A DNA stretch of 64,000 nt from Christensenellales bacterium (GCA_051883415.1 JBJETR010000041.1:9642-73641), one strand, 5' to 3'. Shown: positions 29,107 through 39,777, counted from the first letter of the stretch. Translations and numbers: made by a program. Notes: generated by a model from the sequence alone, not told the origin.

Positions 29107-31290
29107 TTAGCCCTCTATAATCTCTATTGGTGCCAATCGCATGTTGAAAGTTTTTACACCTAGTCCCGCAAATTCTATCCTTGCATTTTCGCCAAGTATC
29201 TCCACTATTTTGCCCTCGCCGAACCTCGAATGTCTAACAATTTGTCCCTCTTTGAACTTGGACAACTCTCGTCCCTTCTCTACGCATGGGCGAGCCGTGG
29301 CAAAGGCAGGCGTAGGTTTGCTGATAGTAGTATAATCAATCTTGCTCTTAGGTGCTTCGTAATACTGACCGTAAGGCTTTTTGTCCTCACGTTCTTTTTC
29401 CAGACCGCCCTCTTTCAAAAATCTACTTGCTAAGCCGTACTCTCTATGTCCGTAACGAAAACGGCTAAATGCGTTGGTGAGATAGAGTCTTTCTTTGGCT
29501 CTGGTCACCGCAACGTACATAATACGTCTTTCTTCTTGCAAAGCTTCGTCGTCGGCAAGAGCAGTGGTTACGGGAAAGAGCCCGTCCTCTAGTCCTACAA
29601 CGAATACACACCTAAATTCCAAGCCCTTGACTCCATGCACCGTAGCCAAAGTAACGCTATTCTCGTCGTCGCTTCTATCGTTGTCCGTCAATAGAGAAAC
29701 AGACTGCAAAAAGTCCTCAAGCATAGGATTTTCGTTGTCACGACAATATTCTTTGACTGCCGTAACGAAATCGTCGATATTGTCAAGACGGTTGGCGTCC
29801 TCAGCCACCTTTTTGTCGTAAGCCGATTCAAAATCAATTATTTCCCTTGCTTGGTCAATAAAACCGCCTAGAGGCATATCTTTTACGCTCTCCAATCTTA
29901 TTATCACGTCGCTGAACTTGGCAATATTGTTGGCTGTCGCCGACGGAAGTCCCAAAGCATGCACCTTCTTGATAGCGTCGTACAACCTAAGTCCATTCTC
30001 CTGCGCCGCTTGCATTATCTTAGAAATCGCACCGTCACCTATTCCCCTCTTAGGCGTGTTGATAACCCTCAATATACTCTCACTGTCGCTAGGATTGGCA
30101 ACAAATTTGAGATAAGCCAAAAAGTCTTTGATTTCCTTTCTATCAAAGAACTTGTTACCACCCACTACCTTGTACGGATAGTTGTATAGAGCCAGCTTCT
30201 CTTCGAAAGAACGAGATATGGCGTTGGCACGATATAGTACGGCAAAGTCGCTGAAACTGTAGCCGTTGTAGCGCATGAGTGCAGTGATTTGCTCGATTAC
30301 GTAGTCGGCTTCGGTTTTTTCATCGCTCAAAGAACGGTAAATTACCCCCGTTCCCTTGCTTCCCTCGGTCCAAAGATTTTTTTCCACTCTGCCGCTGTTG
30401 TTGGCAATGATTTTGTTGGCAACCGCTAGGATATTGCCCGTAGAACGATAGTTTTGTTCCAATTTATACAGTCTACAACCTGCGAACTCCTGGTGGAACT
30501 TCTTGACGTTATGCACCTCTGCCCAACGCCAGCCGTATATACTTTGGTCGTCGTCACCCACGGCAAAAACGTTGCCGTACTTCATTGAGAGCATGCGAAC
30601 AAGCATATATTGAATGCGGTTGGTGTCTTGGAATTCGTCAACATGGATGTATTGGAATCTCTCTTGGTACTTATTGAGGATATCCGGACGAGAGGTAAAA
30701 AGCTTGACGGTCTTGAGTAGCAAATCGTCAAAATCGAGAGCGTTGTTGTCCACCAATGTCTGCTCGTATATCTTGTAAATCTCAGTTATCAACGAGCTAT
30801 TGTGCTCTATCTTAATCCTTTCGCCATAGGCTTCGGGGGCAAGAGCGTGGTTCTTGGCGTTGGAGATATGCCAACGCACCGTCTTATAAAAATCCTTCTC
30901 GGTGTCCATACCGATATCGCCGATAATACGCTTGACTATCTTGGTACAATCGGCGTCGTCATATATGGTAAAGTTGGGACTAAAGCCCTCGATATTCTCT
31001 ATCTCCGCACGCAAAATGCGAGCACAAAGCGCATGAAAAGTCGAGATAGTCACTTCGCTTCTGCCCGTCACTTGATATACTCTCTCCTTCATCTCGCCCG
31101 CCGCCTTGTTGGTAAAAGTGATGGCAAGGATGTGATGAGGAGCTACGCCCTTTTCTTCGATAAGATATGCTATACGATAGGTAAGCACACGGGTTTTTCC
31201 GCTACCTGCGCCTGCCAAAACCAACACGGCGCCTTCGGTGTCAAGGACGGGTTTTAGCTGTTCGGGATTGAGCAATTTGGTATAATCCAT
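29107..31290 (-). CDS. pcrA: UvrD/PcrA helicase (start adjusted to ATG 31290)
   Basis: AGAGSGKT, TFTNKAA, DEFQD, QNYRS, KGLEF and YVAVTRA motifs; SD GGAGG. Confidence 0.95.
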   Translation of the reverse strand: MDYTKLLNPEQLKPVLDTEGAVLVLAGAGSGKTRVLTYRIAYLIEEKGVAPHHILAITFTNKAAGEMKERVYQVTGRSEVTISTFHALCARILRAEIENIEGFSPNFTIYDDADCTKIVKRIIGDIGMDTEKDFYKTVRWHISNAKNHALAPEAYGERIKIEHNSSLITEIYKIYEQTLVDNNALDFDDLLLKTVKLFTSRPDILNKYQERFQYIHVDEFQDTNRIQYMLVRMLSMKYGNVFAVGDDDQSIYGWRWAEVHNVKKFHQEFAGCRLYKLEQNYRSTGNILAVANKIIANNSGRVEKNLWTEGSKGTGVIYRSLSDEKTEADYVIEQITALMRYNGYSFSDFAVLYRANAISRSFEEKLALYNYPYKVVGGNKFFDRKEIKDFLAYLKFVANPSDSESILRVINTPKRGIGDGAISKIMQAAQENGLRLYDAIKKVHALGLPSATANNIAKFSDVIIRLESVKDMPLGGFIDQAREIIDFESAYDKKVAEDANRLDNIDDFVTAVKEYCRDNENPMLEDFLQSVSLLTDNDRSDDENSVTLATVHGVKGLEFRCVFVVGLEDGLFPVTTALADDEALQEERRIMYVAVTRAKERLYLTNAFSRFRYGHREYGLASRFLKEGGLEKEREDKKPYGQYYEAPKSKIDYTTISKPTPAFATARPCVEKGRELSKFKEGQIVRHSRFGEGKIVEILGENARIEFAGLGVKTFNMRLAPIEIIEG

Positions 31291-31350
31291 ACTTCCTCCA
31301 AAGTCATGATTTATTATACCATATCGCCAAGTGATTATCAATCACTTATA

Positions 31351-31671
31351 CTATTTTGTAATCTTTTCTTTGACGTATCTATCCTTAAGTTTCTTGTACC
31401 ACTTAGACATCTGCAAGACCATACGTTGTTTGTTGACTTCGTCGTCGACTTTGACAATATAGAGGTCGTCGATAATTCTTCCGATAGGATTGGTAGTGAC
31501 TTCTTGTCCTTCCATCATCTTTTCCACAGTCTTGTACGCCATATCTTCACGCGACTTGTAAAAAGAACGAGCAATTATTTCTTTTCGTTGCTCCTTTTCG
31601 TGCTTTGCTTGCAATCGAATTTTGGCTTGTTTTGCCAAAAAATGCAAAGAAGAATCATGAGAGTCTTGCAT
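31351..31671 (-). CDS. Hypothetical 106-aa basic protein
   Basis: ORF with SD AGGAGG; no family recognised. Confidence 0.65.
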   Translation of the reverse strand: MQDSHDSSLHFLAKQAKIRLQAKHEKEQRKEIIARSFYKSREDMAYKTVEKMMEGQEVTTNPIGRIIDDLYIVKVDDEVNKQRMVLQMSKWYKKLKDRYVKEKITK

Positions 31672-32083
31672 ATATCCTCCTAAAAAAACGTATTATATTC
31701 AATTTTGTACGTGAATTACTTTTGATATCTATATAATACTATTTTTGTCGCTTTGTTGCAAGCAAAATTTGAATATTTTTCAAATAATCAAAAAATAGTC
31801 CAAACCCCCGATTTTTCGATAAAATACGCCATTTCAAAGATATATTTTTAGCGATTTTTGCAATTTTTTGTCATATTATGTATAATTATTGATAATAAAT
31901 TTGAATTTTGTTCAAATATTGGATACAACTTTCTTTTGAATATAAATGATTTGTTCACCAACCTTAGATACACTCCGACCAATATCGCTTGACGACTCTG
32001 TATTTGATGCTATGCCAGACCAATCCTAATACAGCTATGTCAACAAGCATATTGTTGCAACTCAATACTCTAATAAATAATCA

Positions 32084-32105
32084 ACCCGCAACTATCGTTG
32101 CGGGT
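32084..32105 (-). terminator. rpsU terminator hairpin
   Basis: ACCCGCAAC-TATC-GTTGCGGGT. Confidence 0.7.
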
Positions 32106-32111
32106 ATGACT

Positions 32112-32288
32112 TTAGGCTTTGTTTCTCTTGCGGGCTGCTTCTGCCTTCTTCTTACGCTTTACGCTTGGTTTTTCATAGGCTTCACGCTTACGCAATTCTC
32201 CAATAATGCCGTCTCTAGCGCATTTACGCTTAAATCTTCTGATAGCACTATCCAAAGACTCGTTTTCTCCAACTTTTACCGTAGACAT
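32112..32288 (-). CDS. rpsU: 30S ribosomal protein S21 (not in ORF track)
   Basis: Hand translation [58 protein letters not shown]. Confidence 0.97.
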   Translation of the reverse strand: MSTVKVGENESLDSAIRRFKRKCARDGIIGELRKREAYEKPSVKRKKKAEAARKRNKA

Positions 32289-32371
32289 GATTTCGCCCCC
32301 TTTCCGCTAGCCGGAAATATTCTTCTATATCTTACCCTAATATCTTAGACTTGTCAAACGATTTTTAGTCG

Positions 32372-32710
32372 TTAACCCATTTTTTCGTCAAGTTGTCTAC
32401 CGCCAAGCAAATGCAAGTGCAAGTGCTCTACGCTTTGACAGCCGTGTTTGCCCTTGTTGGTTATTATTCTAAAGCCCTCGTCAAGCCCATTGTCCTTGGC
32501 AATCTCGGCAAGCTTCTTGACCATTTTGCCTACGACCACCGCTCTATCGTCGTTGAGTTCAGCGACCGAAGCAAAGTGCTCCTTTGGTATAGCAAGCAAA
32601 TGTACCGGCGCTTGCGGATTGACGTCTTTGATGACTATAAACTCTTCATCCTCGTATACTTTGCTGCTTGGGATTTCCCCTTTGATTATTTTACAAAAAA
32701 TACAATCCAT
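32372..32710 (-). CDS. hit: Histidine triad nucleotide-binding protein
   Basis: DCIFCKI and HLHLHLLGG motifs. Confidence 0.94.
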   Translation of the reverse strand: MDCIFCKIIKGEIPSSKVYEDEEFIVIKDVNPQAPVHLLAIPKEHFASVAELNDDRAVVVGKMVKKLAEIAKDNGLDEGFRIITNKGKHGCQSVEHLHLHLLGGRQLDEKMG

Positions 32711-32749
32711 ATTATTCTCCTTTGCGGGCAAATCATATCTTTGCCCTCA

Positions 32750-33994
32750 TTATTTTATTGGTTTACACACCAAAATATCGTCTATTATTTTTTCACCTAT
32801 CGCTTGCACGAGTCGGTCGGTATCAACGCCTATCACTTTACATCTGATATACTCTCTGCTGTAGCCCTCGGCGTACTTGCCGTCGCTGACTTCCGTCAAA
32901 ATCTCTACTTCTTTGCCGATAAACTTGCTAAGATATTCTTGCTTGCACTTGCCTACAACCACGCCAAGACTCTCTTTTCTTAGTTTTACACTTTCCCCGT
33001 CCACTCTCTTCATCTTGCTAGCAACCGTACCTTTGCGAGAAGAATAAGGAAAAACGTGTACTTGCCCAAAGCACACCTTAGCCACGAAGTTTTCCGTTTC
33101 TAGAGCTTGCTCTTGCGTCTCGGTAGGGAATCCTACGATTACGTCGGTGGTGATATTGGCGTCAGGGTAATACTTACGCACTAGCTCTACCTTGTCGAGA
33201 TATTGAGCAGTGACGTATTTTCTATTCATCTTTTTGAGTACGCCGTCGCTTCCACTCTGCAAACTAAGGTGGAATTGAGGACAAAAACTCTTTAGTTTTT
33301 GCGTAGCCGTCAACAGCTCGTCCGTAATTGCGGACCACTCCAACGAGCCAAGTCTTATGCGACACTCTACGTCCGTCAAAGCCTCGATAAGCTCGGTGAG
33401 CGAAGTCCCCGTATCCAAGCCAAACGACGACATATCTATGCCCGTCAAGACTATTTCGTGGCAAGAATTTTGTAGTCTACGGCACTCGTCCACCACCGAG
33501 GATAGACTGCGCGAGCGACTTCTACCTCTAAGATAAGGGATAAGACAGTAGGAACAAAAGTTGTTGCATCCGTCTTGTATCTTGACGTATGCCCTCGTCC
33601 TCTCGACGATAGCCTCAAAGTCGTCCTCATATTGCGTAGGCAATGCGCTAACCACCACGCCCGTATCTTGCAATTTATCCACCAGACTTGCCTTGTCGGC
33701 AACACCCGACACGTAGGTAACGCCCTTTTTGGTCTCAAACTGCTCGGCGTTGTTTTGCGAGGCGCAACCGCATACTACTATCTTGGCATCGGGATTGCAC
33801 GCTAAGCACCTAGACACGTATTGTCTGGACTTACGCTCCGCCTCGTTGGTGACGGCGCAAGTGTTGAGAATATATACCTCTGCCCATTGCAAGTCCTCGA
33901 CCACCTCGTGTCCTCTCTTTCTAAGCTCTCCCGTCAAGCAGTCGCACTCGTATTGGTTGACCTTGCAACCGAGGTTGCATACGGCGATTTTCAT
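32750..33994 (-). CDS. mtaB: tRNA t6A37 methylthiotransferase (start adjusted)
   Basis: LGCKVNQYE, NTCAVT and QDGCNNFCSYC motifs; synteny. Confidence 0.92.
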   Translation of the reverse strand: MKIAVCNLGCKVNQYECDCLTGELRKRGHEVVEDLQWAEVYILNTCAVTNEAERKSRQYVSRCLACNPDAKIVVCGCASQNNAEQFETKKGVTYVSGVADKASLVDKLQDTGVVVSALPTQYEDDFEAIVERTRAYVKIQDGCNNFCSYCLIPYLRGRSRSRSLSSVVDECRRLQNSCHEIVLTGIDMSSFGLDTGTSLTELIEALTDVECRIRLGSLEWSAITDELLTATQKLKSFCPQFHLSLQSGSDGVLKKMNRKYVTAQYLDKVELVRKYYPDANITTDVIVGFPTETQEQALETENFVAKVCFGQVHVFPYSSRKGTVASKMKRVDGESVKLRKESLGVVVGKCKQEYLSKFIGKEVEILTEVSDGKYAEGYSREYIRCKVIGVDTDRLVQAIGEKIIDDILVCKPIK

Positions 33995-34719
33995 ATATTC
34001 ATCTCTCCCGACTCGTACTCTATCAAGGCGCAAGTGGCTATAGCGGCTGTTTCGCACCTCAATATACGCTTGCCGAGGCTAACTATATTGGCACCGGCTG
34101 CTCTTGCTCTTGCTACTTCGCTCTCGTCAAATCCGCCCTCGCTTCCAATGATTATTGCGATAGACTTCGCCTCTCTAAGTCCCTCGATATCTCCTATTCT
34201 GCCCACGGTAGCGTTTTCGTAAGGCATAACGACTATATCGCATTGGGAGGCAATATCCAACATATCGTCGTAATCGACTATCTCGCCTACCGTTACTCTC
34301 ATGCTTCGTCCACACTGTTTGCAAGCCTGCAAAGCAATCTTATCCAATCGCTCCTTATTAAACTTGCTCTCAGTCACGTATTGCGAGCGAAAAGGCAAAA
34401 TTTCGCTCACTCCGAGTTCTACGCCTTTTTGAATGATAATATCGAGTTTGTCACCCTTAGGCAAGGCTTGACAAAGCACAATCTTCTTATTAGGTTCGGC
34501 TTGATTGACTACGACTTGGTCTATCTTGGCTATAGCGTAGTCCTTGTTGATAGCCGTGATAGTACACTCGTATTCCGTAGGCTCGTCCAGACACACAATC
34601 GCCTTGTAGCCTACCTTATAACGCAAAACCTTGGTGAGATGAATAAACTCATCGCCACGTATAATTATCTCGTCCTCTCGTCTATCGCACGCCTCTACAA
34701 AAAATCTTCTTATTTCCAT
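33991..34719 (-). CDS. rsmE: 16S rRNA m3U1498 methyltransferase (start adjusted)
   Basis: HLTKVLR, QKGVELG, IGSEGGF and LGKRILRCETA motifs. Confidence 0.94.
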   Translation of the reverse strand: MEIRRFFVEACDRREDEIIIRGDEFIHLTKVLRYKVGYKAIVCLDEPTEYECTITAINKDYAIAKIDQVVVNQAEPNKKIVLCQALPKGDKLDIIIQKGVELGVSEILPFRSQYVTESKFNKERLDKIALQACKQCGRSMRVTVGEIVDYDDMLDIASQCDIVVMPYENATVGRIGDIEGLREAKSIAIIIGSEGGFDESEVARARAAGANIVSLGKRILRCETAAIATCALIEYESGEMNI

Positions 34720-35639
34720 TGTACCGTCATACGCAAAGCAACCCACTCGCCTTGCTCTATCCTCTCCACTATTTGATAGCCTTTACTCTCAAAGGCACTC
34801 TCTACGTCGGACTTTCTATCCTTGATTATACCCGAAACAATCACGTCTTTTCCTCTCTTGACGTATTTGCCAAGGTCGTTAGATAAGCCTATAAGCACGT
34901 CTGCGGTAATGTTGGCTATCACCACGTCGTATTTAGACGAAGTCTTGTCCAAAAGGTTGGCACTATCCACGTTCATCTTGTCTGCCACGCCGTTGAGAAG
35001 AGCGTTTTCGTTGGCTACCCTCACTGCCTCTAGGTCTATGTCGTAGGCATCTACCTTATCTGCACCCAATTTGACGGCTACGATGCCGAGTATTCCGCTA
35101 CCCGTACCCACGTCAACCACGCTCTTGCCTTCGAGTCCTATGCTCTGCATGAGGCGTATACACATAGACGTCGTCTCGTGTTGCCCCGAACCAAATGCCG
35201 TGCCCGCGTCTATCAGCACCGTCTTGTCGTCCACTTCGCCCTCTATCCAACTTGGACGCACCGTTATCTCACCGAGGGTGATTGGCTTTTGCGTCTCTTT
35301 CCACTTCTCCACCCAATCGTTGTCGTCGGTCTCGGCTATGCTATAGCTTAGTTCTCCCAAGTCAAAAGGACAATTATCTCGCAAAAATTGTATTCTCTCA
35401 TCCAATCGTGCAAGTATATCTTCCAATTCGTCGGGCGTAAAGTAACCTTTGACGTACACGTCCTCACCTTGATTTAGCACCTCGTCCGACACGTAGTCGT
35501 ACAATACCTCTCCCTCCAATTCCTTAAAGTCGTTGAGGTCGTATATTCCCACGCCCTTAGAGCCCAACTCTTGCATTATGTCCGCCACCAATTCGCTGGC
35601 TTCGCTCGTCGTTTTGATTGCAATTTCTTTGAATATCAT
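34710..35639 (-). CDS. prmA: Ribosomal protein L11 methyltransferase
   Basis: AFGSGQHETT, DVGTGSGIL and ANI motifs. Confidence 0.95.
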   Translation of the reverse strand: MIFKEIAIKTTSEASELVADIMQELGSKGVGIYDLNDFKELEGEVLYDYVSDEVLNQGEDVYVKGYFTPDELEDILARLDERIQFLRDNCPFDLGELSYSIAETDDNDWVEKWKETQKPITLGEITVRPSWIEGEVDDKTVLIDAGTAFGSGQHETTSMCIRLMQSIGLEGKSVVDVGTGSGILGIVAVKLGADKVDAYDIDLEAVRVANENALLNGVADKMNVDSANLLDKTSSKYDVVIANITADVLIGLSNDLGKYVKRGKDVIVSGIIKDRKSDVESAFESKGYQIVERIEQGEWVALRMTVQWK

Positions 35640-35746
35640 AGTGACTTAATTATAATATAAGGCAATCGCAAAATCAAGTGATAACTATATTTTGAAATAA
35701 CAAAGACGCCCCCTACCGAGTGCGTCTTGTATAGTTATTGTTGATA

Positions 35747-38164
35747 TTATTCTTTAGCAATATCTCCGTCAGTGCAATGGATGACGTAGTTGCCTGTACC
35801 GTTATCCCAAAGTTTCATTTTATCTATTGCATTCCACTGTTCCATAGTACCCTGAAAAATTATGGTTGTAAGATTGCTACAATTATTGAAAGCATAAGAA
35901 AAAATTCTCGTTACACTGTTCGGTATAGTAATAGTTGTCAATTCACTACAATCTGAGAATGCATAAGTAGCAATACTAATTACTGACCTACCACAGTAAG
36001 TGTTAGCGATAATTAGCTCACTTTGAGGCTTTTTATATCCTGAAACAATATAGACGTCGTCATCTTGGCTATAAATTACATCTGTCCACTCCAAATTTCC
36101 GTCGTCACAAATTACGGTATATTCTGCGGTATTGTTGTCCCAATCTTTACCCTTACTTATTGATGCCCACCTTTTTATTGTTCCATCAAATATTATAGTT
36201 TCCAAGCTACTACAGTCCTTAAACGCTTCGGCACCTATACTCTTTACGCTACTTGCAATAGTAATTTGCGTAAGATTACTGCAATTACGGAATGCACCCG
36301 CCCCAATACTATTTACCCCATAAGGCACGTAGACTTCCGTAATATTGGAGCTGCTGCTAAACGCATCTTCGCCTATACTTTTTACAAATTCTCCGTTGTA
36401 ATTGTCCGGAATCTCTATCTCGCTTAGGTCCATTCCGATAAGTCTAAAACCAACAACCTCATATCCATCGTCTTTGTGCACCAAGTTATAATATTTTGCA
36501 ATGCTATCCTTTTGAATTTGTCCATCATCGCACTCAACGACATACTCTGCAGTAAAGTAATCCCAACCATAAACCTTATATACTTCGTTCCAATCAGACA
36601 TTGTCCCTAGATAATTGATTGTAGTGAGTTTTGTGCAGAGCATAAAGGCAGACGTTTCTATATAATCAACGCTTTCGGCTATCGTTACGTCTTCTAGGTT
36701 TTCACATTGCCAAAACGCACGATAACCAATACTCTCCACACCTTTTGGTATAACTATACCTGTAAGATTATTACACCCAAAAAAAGCATTTTGTGCGATG
36801 CTCGTAACGCTTCCTCCTGTTGGTATTACACTATTTTGACATCCCTGCAAGAGAGTTTTGCTTTCGGTTTCTATTAAACAATTGCCACTGCTATGATATC
36901 TCGTATTGTTAACGTCAACTTTTATACTTTTAAGACTTCTACAATTGCGAAAAACTGTTTCGCCTATGCTGGTCACACTCGCAGGTATGCTAATGTTTTG
37001 TAGGCTAGAGCAACCGCTAAACACCTCTTCACCTATACTTTTCACACCATTTGGCATGTTAATCTTCTCTAAATCAACACAACCTACAAATGCAAAATCA
37101 TCTATATCTATGATACTGTCAGGCAATATTACGTTTTTTATTTTCGGATTGTTAAAATATTCGTAGTTAAAATTGCAATATATTCCAAGTATTGCCCAAT
37201 AATTACCAAACGCAAATTGATTAATCTTTGTAATATTATTAGGCAAAGTCAAATTGGTTGCCTGTCCTGTATAACCTAGTAGCATACTCTCCTCATCGCC
37301 GGAATAAATAATATATCCGTTTTGGTCTGTAGTAAGATTAGAATGGATATCATCCGTATACACGTTTTTTGCATAATAAGCTACACTACCATTACTTGAC
37401 TCGCCTGCAACAATATCAAGGGAAGACTTATTACATACCTCTAGCAAATTACAACACCCTTCAAAAGCTCCGTATCCGACACTTTCCAACCTTTTTCCTA
37501 AAGTTACTTTAGTCAATTTTACGCATGAACCAAATGCACCTTCACCTATATAAGTTACAGCGTTAGGTATAATTATGGTTGTTAGACTACTGCAAAAATA
37601 GAATGCTATATCCCCTATACTAGTTATAGTATCAGGCAAAGTCAAATTCGTCAGCCCACTGCAACCCAAAAATACACCTTCCCCTATACTCGTTATGCTA
37701 TCAGGAATACTGACGCTAATCAATCCTGAGCACATTGCAAATCCTGCCATTGACTCATCTTCAATCTTTATACTAGTCACAGCCTTTCCGTTATATTCAG
37801 AAGGGATAGTCAAAACACCCTTTTGGATGGTTTGATTAATAGAAATATTTTTTAAATATGTGTTATATGAAAATATTGAGACAAAATCATACAAGGACAT
37901 ACATCGCACCAAACCATACCCCTCTTCAGTAAGCCCTGTTACGACATAACTATTGCCTTCAAGTTTATACGTAAGGTATTGTGAAACGTCTATATATGAT
38001 TCGTGCTCATTGTTTTCCGTACCCGAATTACTGTCACCTTTCCAATTGTCACTAGAACCATCATCAATATTATCTTTGTTGTTGTTCTTACAAGCAACAA
38101 GCAAAAACGTCGAAACAACAAGCACTATAACTACCAACAAAATAAACAAACTTCGTCTTTTCAT
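35747..38164 (-). CDS. BspA-type leucine-rich-repeat (LRR_5) surface lipoprotein
   Basis: Lipobox LVAC; many IPxSVTSIGxxAFxxCxxL repeats; visibly AT-richer than neighbours. Confidence 0.9.
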   Translation of the reverse strand: MKRRSLFILLVVIVLVVSTFLLVACKNNNKDNIDDGSSDNWKGDSNSGTENNEHESYIDVSQYLTYKLEGNSYVVTGLTEEGYGLVRCMSLYDFVSIFSYNTYLKNISINQTIQKGVLTIPSEYNGKAVTSIKIEDESMAGFAMCSGLISVSIPDSITSIGEGVFLGCSGLTNLTLPDTITSIGDIAFYFCSSLTTIIIPNAVTYIGEGAFGSCVKLTKVTLGKRLESVGYGAFEGCCNLLEVCNKSSLDIVAGESSNGSVAYYAKNVYTDDIHSNLTTDQNGYIIYSGDEESMLLGYTGQATNLTLPNNITKINQFAFGNYWAILGIYCNFNYEYFNNPKIKNVILPDSIIDIDDFAFVGCVDLEKINMPNGVKSIGEEVFSGCSSLQNISIPASVTSIGETVFRNCRSLKSIKVDVNNTRYHSSGNCLIETESKTLLQGCQNSVIPTGGSVTSIAQNAFFGCNNLTGIVIPKGVESIGYRAFWQCENLEDVTIAESVDYIETSAFMLCTKLTTINYLGTMSDWNEVYKVYGWDYFTAEYVVECDDGQIQKDSIAKYYNLVHKDDGYEVVGFRLIGMDLSEIEIPDNYNGEFVKSIGEDAFSSSSNITEVYVPYGVNSIGAGAFRNCSNLTQITIASSVKSIGAEAFKDCSSLETIIFDGTIKRWASISKGKDWDNNTAEYTVICDDGNLEWTDVIYSQDDDVYIVSGYKKPQSELIIANTYCGRSVISIATYAFSDCSELTTITIPNSVTRIFSYAFNNCSNLTTIIFQGTMEQWNAIDKMKLWDNGTGNYVIHCTDGDIAKE

Positions 38165-38183
38165 AATTCCACCTACCTACCTA

Positions 38184-38212
38184 ATTATAATAACGCAACA
38201 TTATTTTGTCAA
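38184..38212 (-). promoter_or_regulatory. Consensus sigmaA promoter of the LRR gene
   Basis: TTGACA-N17-TATAAT. Confidence 0.75.
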
Positions 38213-38244
38213 CTTCAAAATTTGGCACATCGCTATATTCTAAT

Positions 38245-38279
38245 AATAATTAGAAGTCAAGACAAAAGTTCTAATTATT
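38245..38279. promoter_or_regulatory. Inverted-repeat operator in the XRE divergent promoter
   Basis: AATAATTAGAA-N13-TTCTAATTATT. Confidence 0.6.
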
Positions 38280-38293
38280 GTTAATATTTGGAT

Positions 38294-38530
38294 ATGAATG
38301 AAATACAAAAAATCTTTGATTTTGACATCAAAATATTTGCCGAGAGGCTAAAAGAATTGCGTATCGAAAAGGGCGTTGGACAAAACAAACTTGCCGAAGA
38401 CCTCGACTTGTCCAATGCAAGTATCAGTTATTGGGAAAACGCAAAGCAAGAGCCTACCGCCTCGGCGATATACAAGCTTGCTAAGTATTTCAACGTTTCT
38501 ACCGATTATCTCTTGGGTTTATCCGATTGA
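38294..38530 (+). CDS. XRE-family HTH regulator (probably leaderless, start ATG 38294)
   Basis: FAERLKELRIEKGVGQNKLA...ISYWEN...FNVSTDYLLG. Confidence 0.9.
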   Translation: MNEIQKIFDFDIKIFAERLKELRIEKGVGQNKLAEDLDLSNASISYWENAKQEPTASAIYKLAKYFNVSTDYLLGLSD

Positions 38531-38592
38531 CTTGTCGCCGTTGGCGGCTTTTTTTATAAAAGAACTCGCCTTGTTGCCAAAGCGAGTATTAT

Positions 38593-39717
38593 TTATTTTT
38601 TGTTATATTTTTTGATAAGCGGATACTGTGAGTCGCTAAGACTGTCCTCAAACTCTCTAAGCAATTTGAGTTGTTTGCTTGATAGGTTCTTAGGCGTCTC
38701 GACCTTGATTGTCACGTAGAGGTCACCGTAGGAGTCTTTTCGTAGCATCTTCATTCCGTAACCCTTGAGCCTTATCTTGGTGCCCGATTGAGTACCTTGA
38801 GGGACCTTGAATTTTGCTATTCCCTTCAAGGTTTTGATTTCTACCTCCACCCCGCAAGCGGCATCGTAATAGCCTATAGGATATTCGGTGTGTAGGTCGG
38901 AGCCGACACGTTTGAAGTCAGGACTATCCACAACGTAGAGAACAAGGACAAGATTACCCTTAGGTCCGCCGTTGCGACCACAGTTACCTTCGCCTCTTAT
39001 AGTCATATTGATACCGGTGTCTACGCCAGCAGGTATGTTGACGGTTACGCTAGCTTCCTTTCTCACGTAGCCTGCGCCGCGACAAGACGAGCATTTTTCT
39101 TCTACGATTTTACCCTTACCGCCACAATAAGGACATACAGTCTGCACGATTTGTTGTCCAAATAAAGTGTTCTGAGTCTTACGAATAGTGCCCGTGCCGT
39201 TACAATGAGGACAAACCTTGACGGATGAGCCTGACTTAGCGCCCGAGCCTCCGCAAGAAGAACACGTCTCGTCACGATTAACCCTTATCGTCTTTTTGAC
39301 GCCGTTGTAGGCTTCCTCAAAGCTCAAAGTAACCTTGACTTGAATATCGTCCCCCTGTCTTGGCGCATTAGGATTGCTACGACCGCCACCGCCAAAACCG
39401 CCGAAGAAGGAATTGAGTATATCCCCTAAGTCACTGCTGAAACCACCTGCGTCGCCACCGCCAAAGCCACCAAAGCCTTGAGGTCCGTTTTCGTCGCCGT
39501 ATTGGTCGTAATTAGCCCTCTTATCCTTGTCGCTTAGCACTTCGTAAGCGTGGTTGATTTCTTTAAATTTAGCTTCGGCGTCCTTTTTCTCCGCCTCGGT
39601 TGCGTTAGCAAACCTATCGGGGTGCAATTTGATAGCTAATTTTCTATAAGCCTTTTTGATTTCGTCCTCACTTGCACCTTTGGACACGCCTAAAATTTCG
39701 TATAAATCCTTTGCCAT
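38593..39717 (-). CDS. dnaJ: Chaperone DnaJ
   Basis: HPD motif, G/F-rich region and four CxxCxGxG. Confidence 0.97.
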   Translation of the reverse strand: MAKDLYEILGVSKGASEDEIKKAYRKLAIKLHPDRFANATEAEKKDAEAKFKEINHAYEVLSDKDKRANYDQYGDENGPQGFGGFGGGDAGGFSSDLGDILNSFFGGFGGGGRSNPNAPRQGDDIQVKVTLSFEEAYNGVKKTIRVNRDETCSSCGGSGAKSGSSVKVCPHCNGTGTIRKTQNTLFGQQIVQTVCPYCGGKGKIVEEKCSSCRGAGYVRKEASVTVNIPAGVDTGINMTIRGEGNCGRNGGPKGNLVLVLYVVDSPDFKRVGSDLHTEYPIGYYDAACGVEVEIKTLKGIAKFKVPQGTQSGTKIRLKGYGMKMLRKDSYGDLYVTIKVETPKNLSSKQLKLLREFEDSLSDSQYPLIKKYNKK

Positions 39718-39777
39718 AATTTCTCCAAAAACGTAGCCTACGCTATGATAGGCTACGTTGATGCGCAGTATTTTGTA

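Noticed and set aside
31989-32348. 119-aa plus-strand ORF
   Set aside because: Antisense to rpsU, which is the real gene
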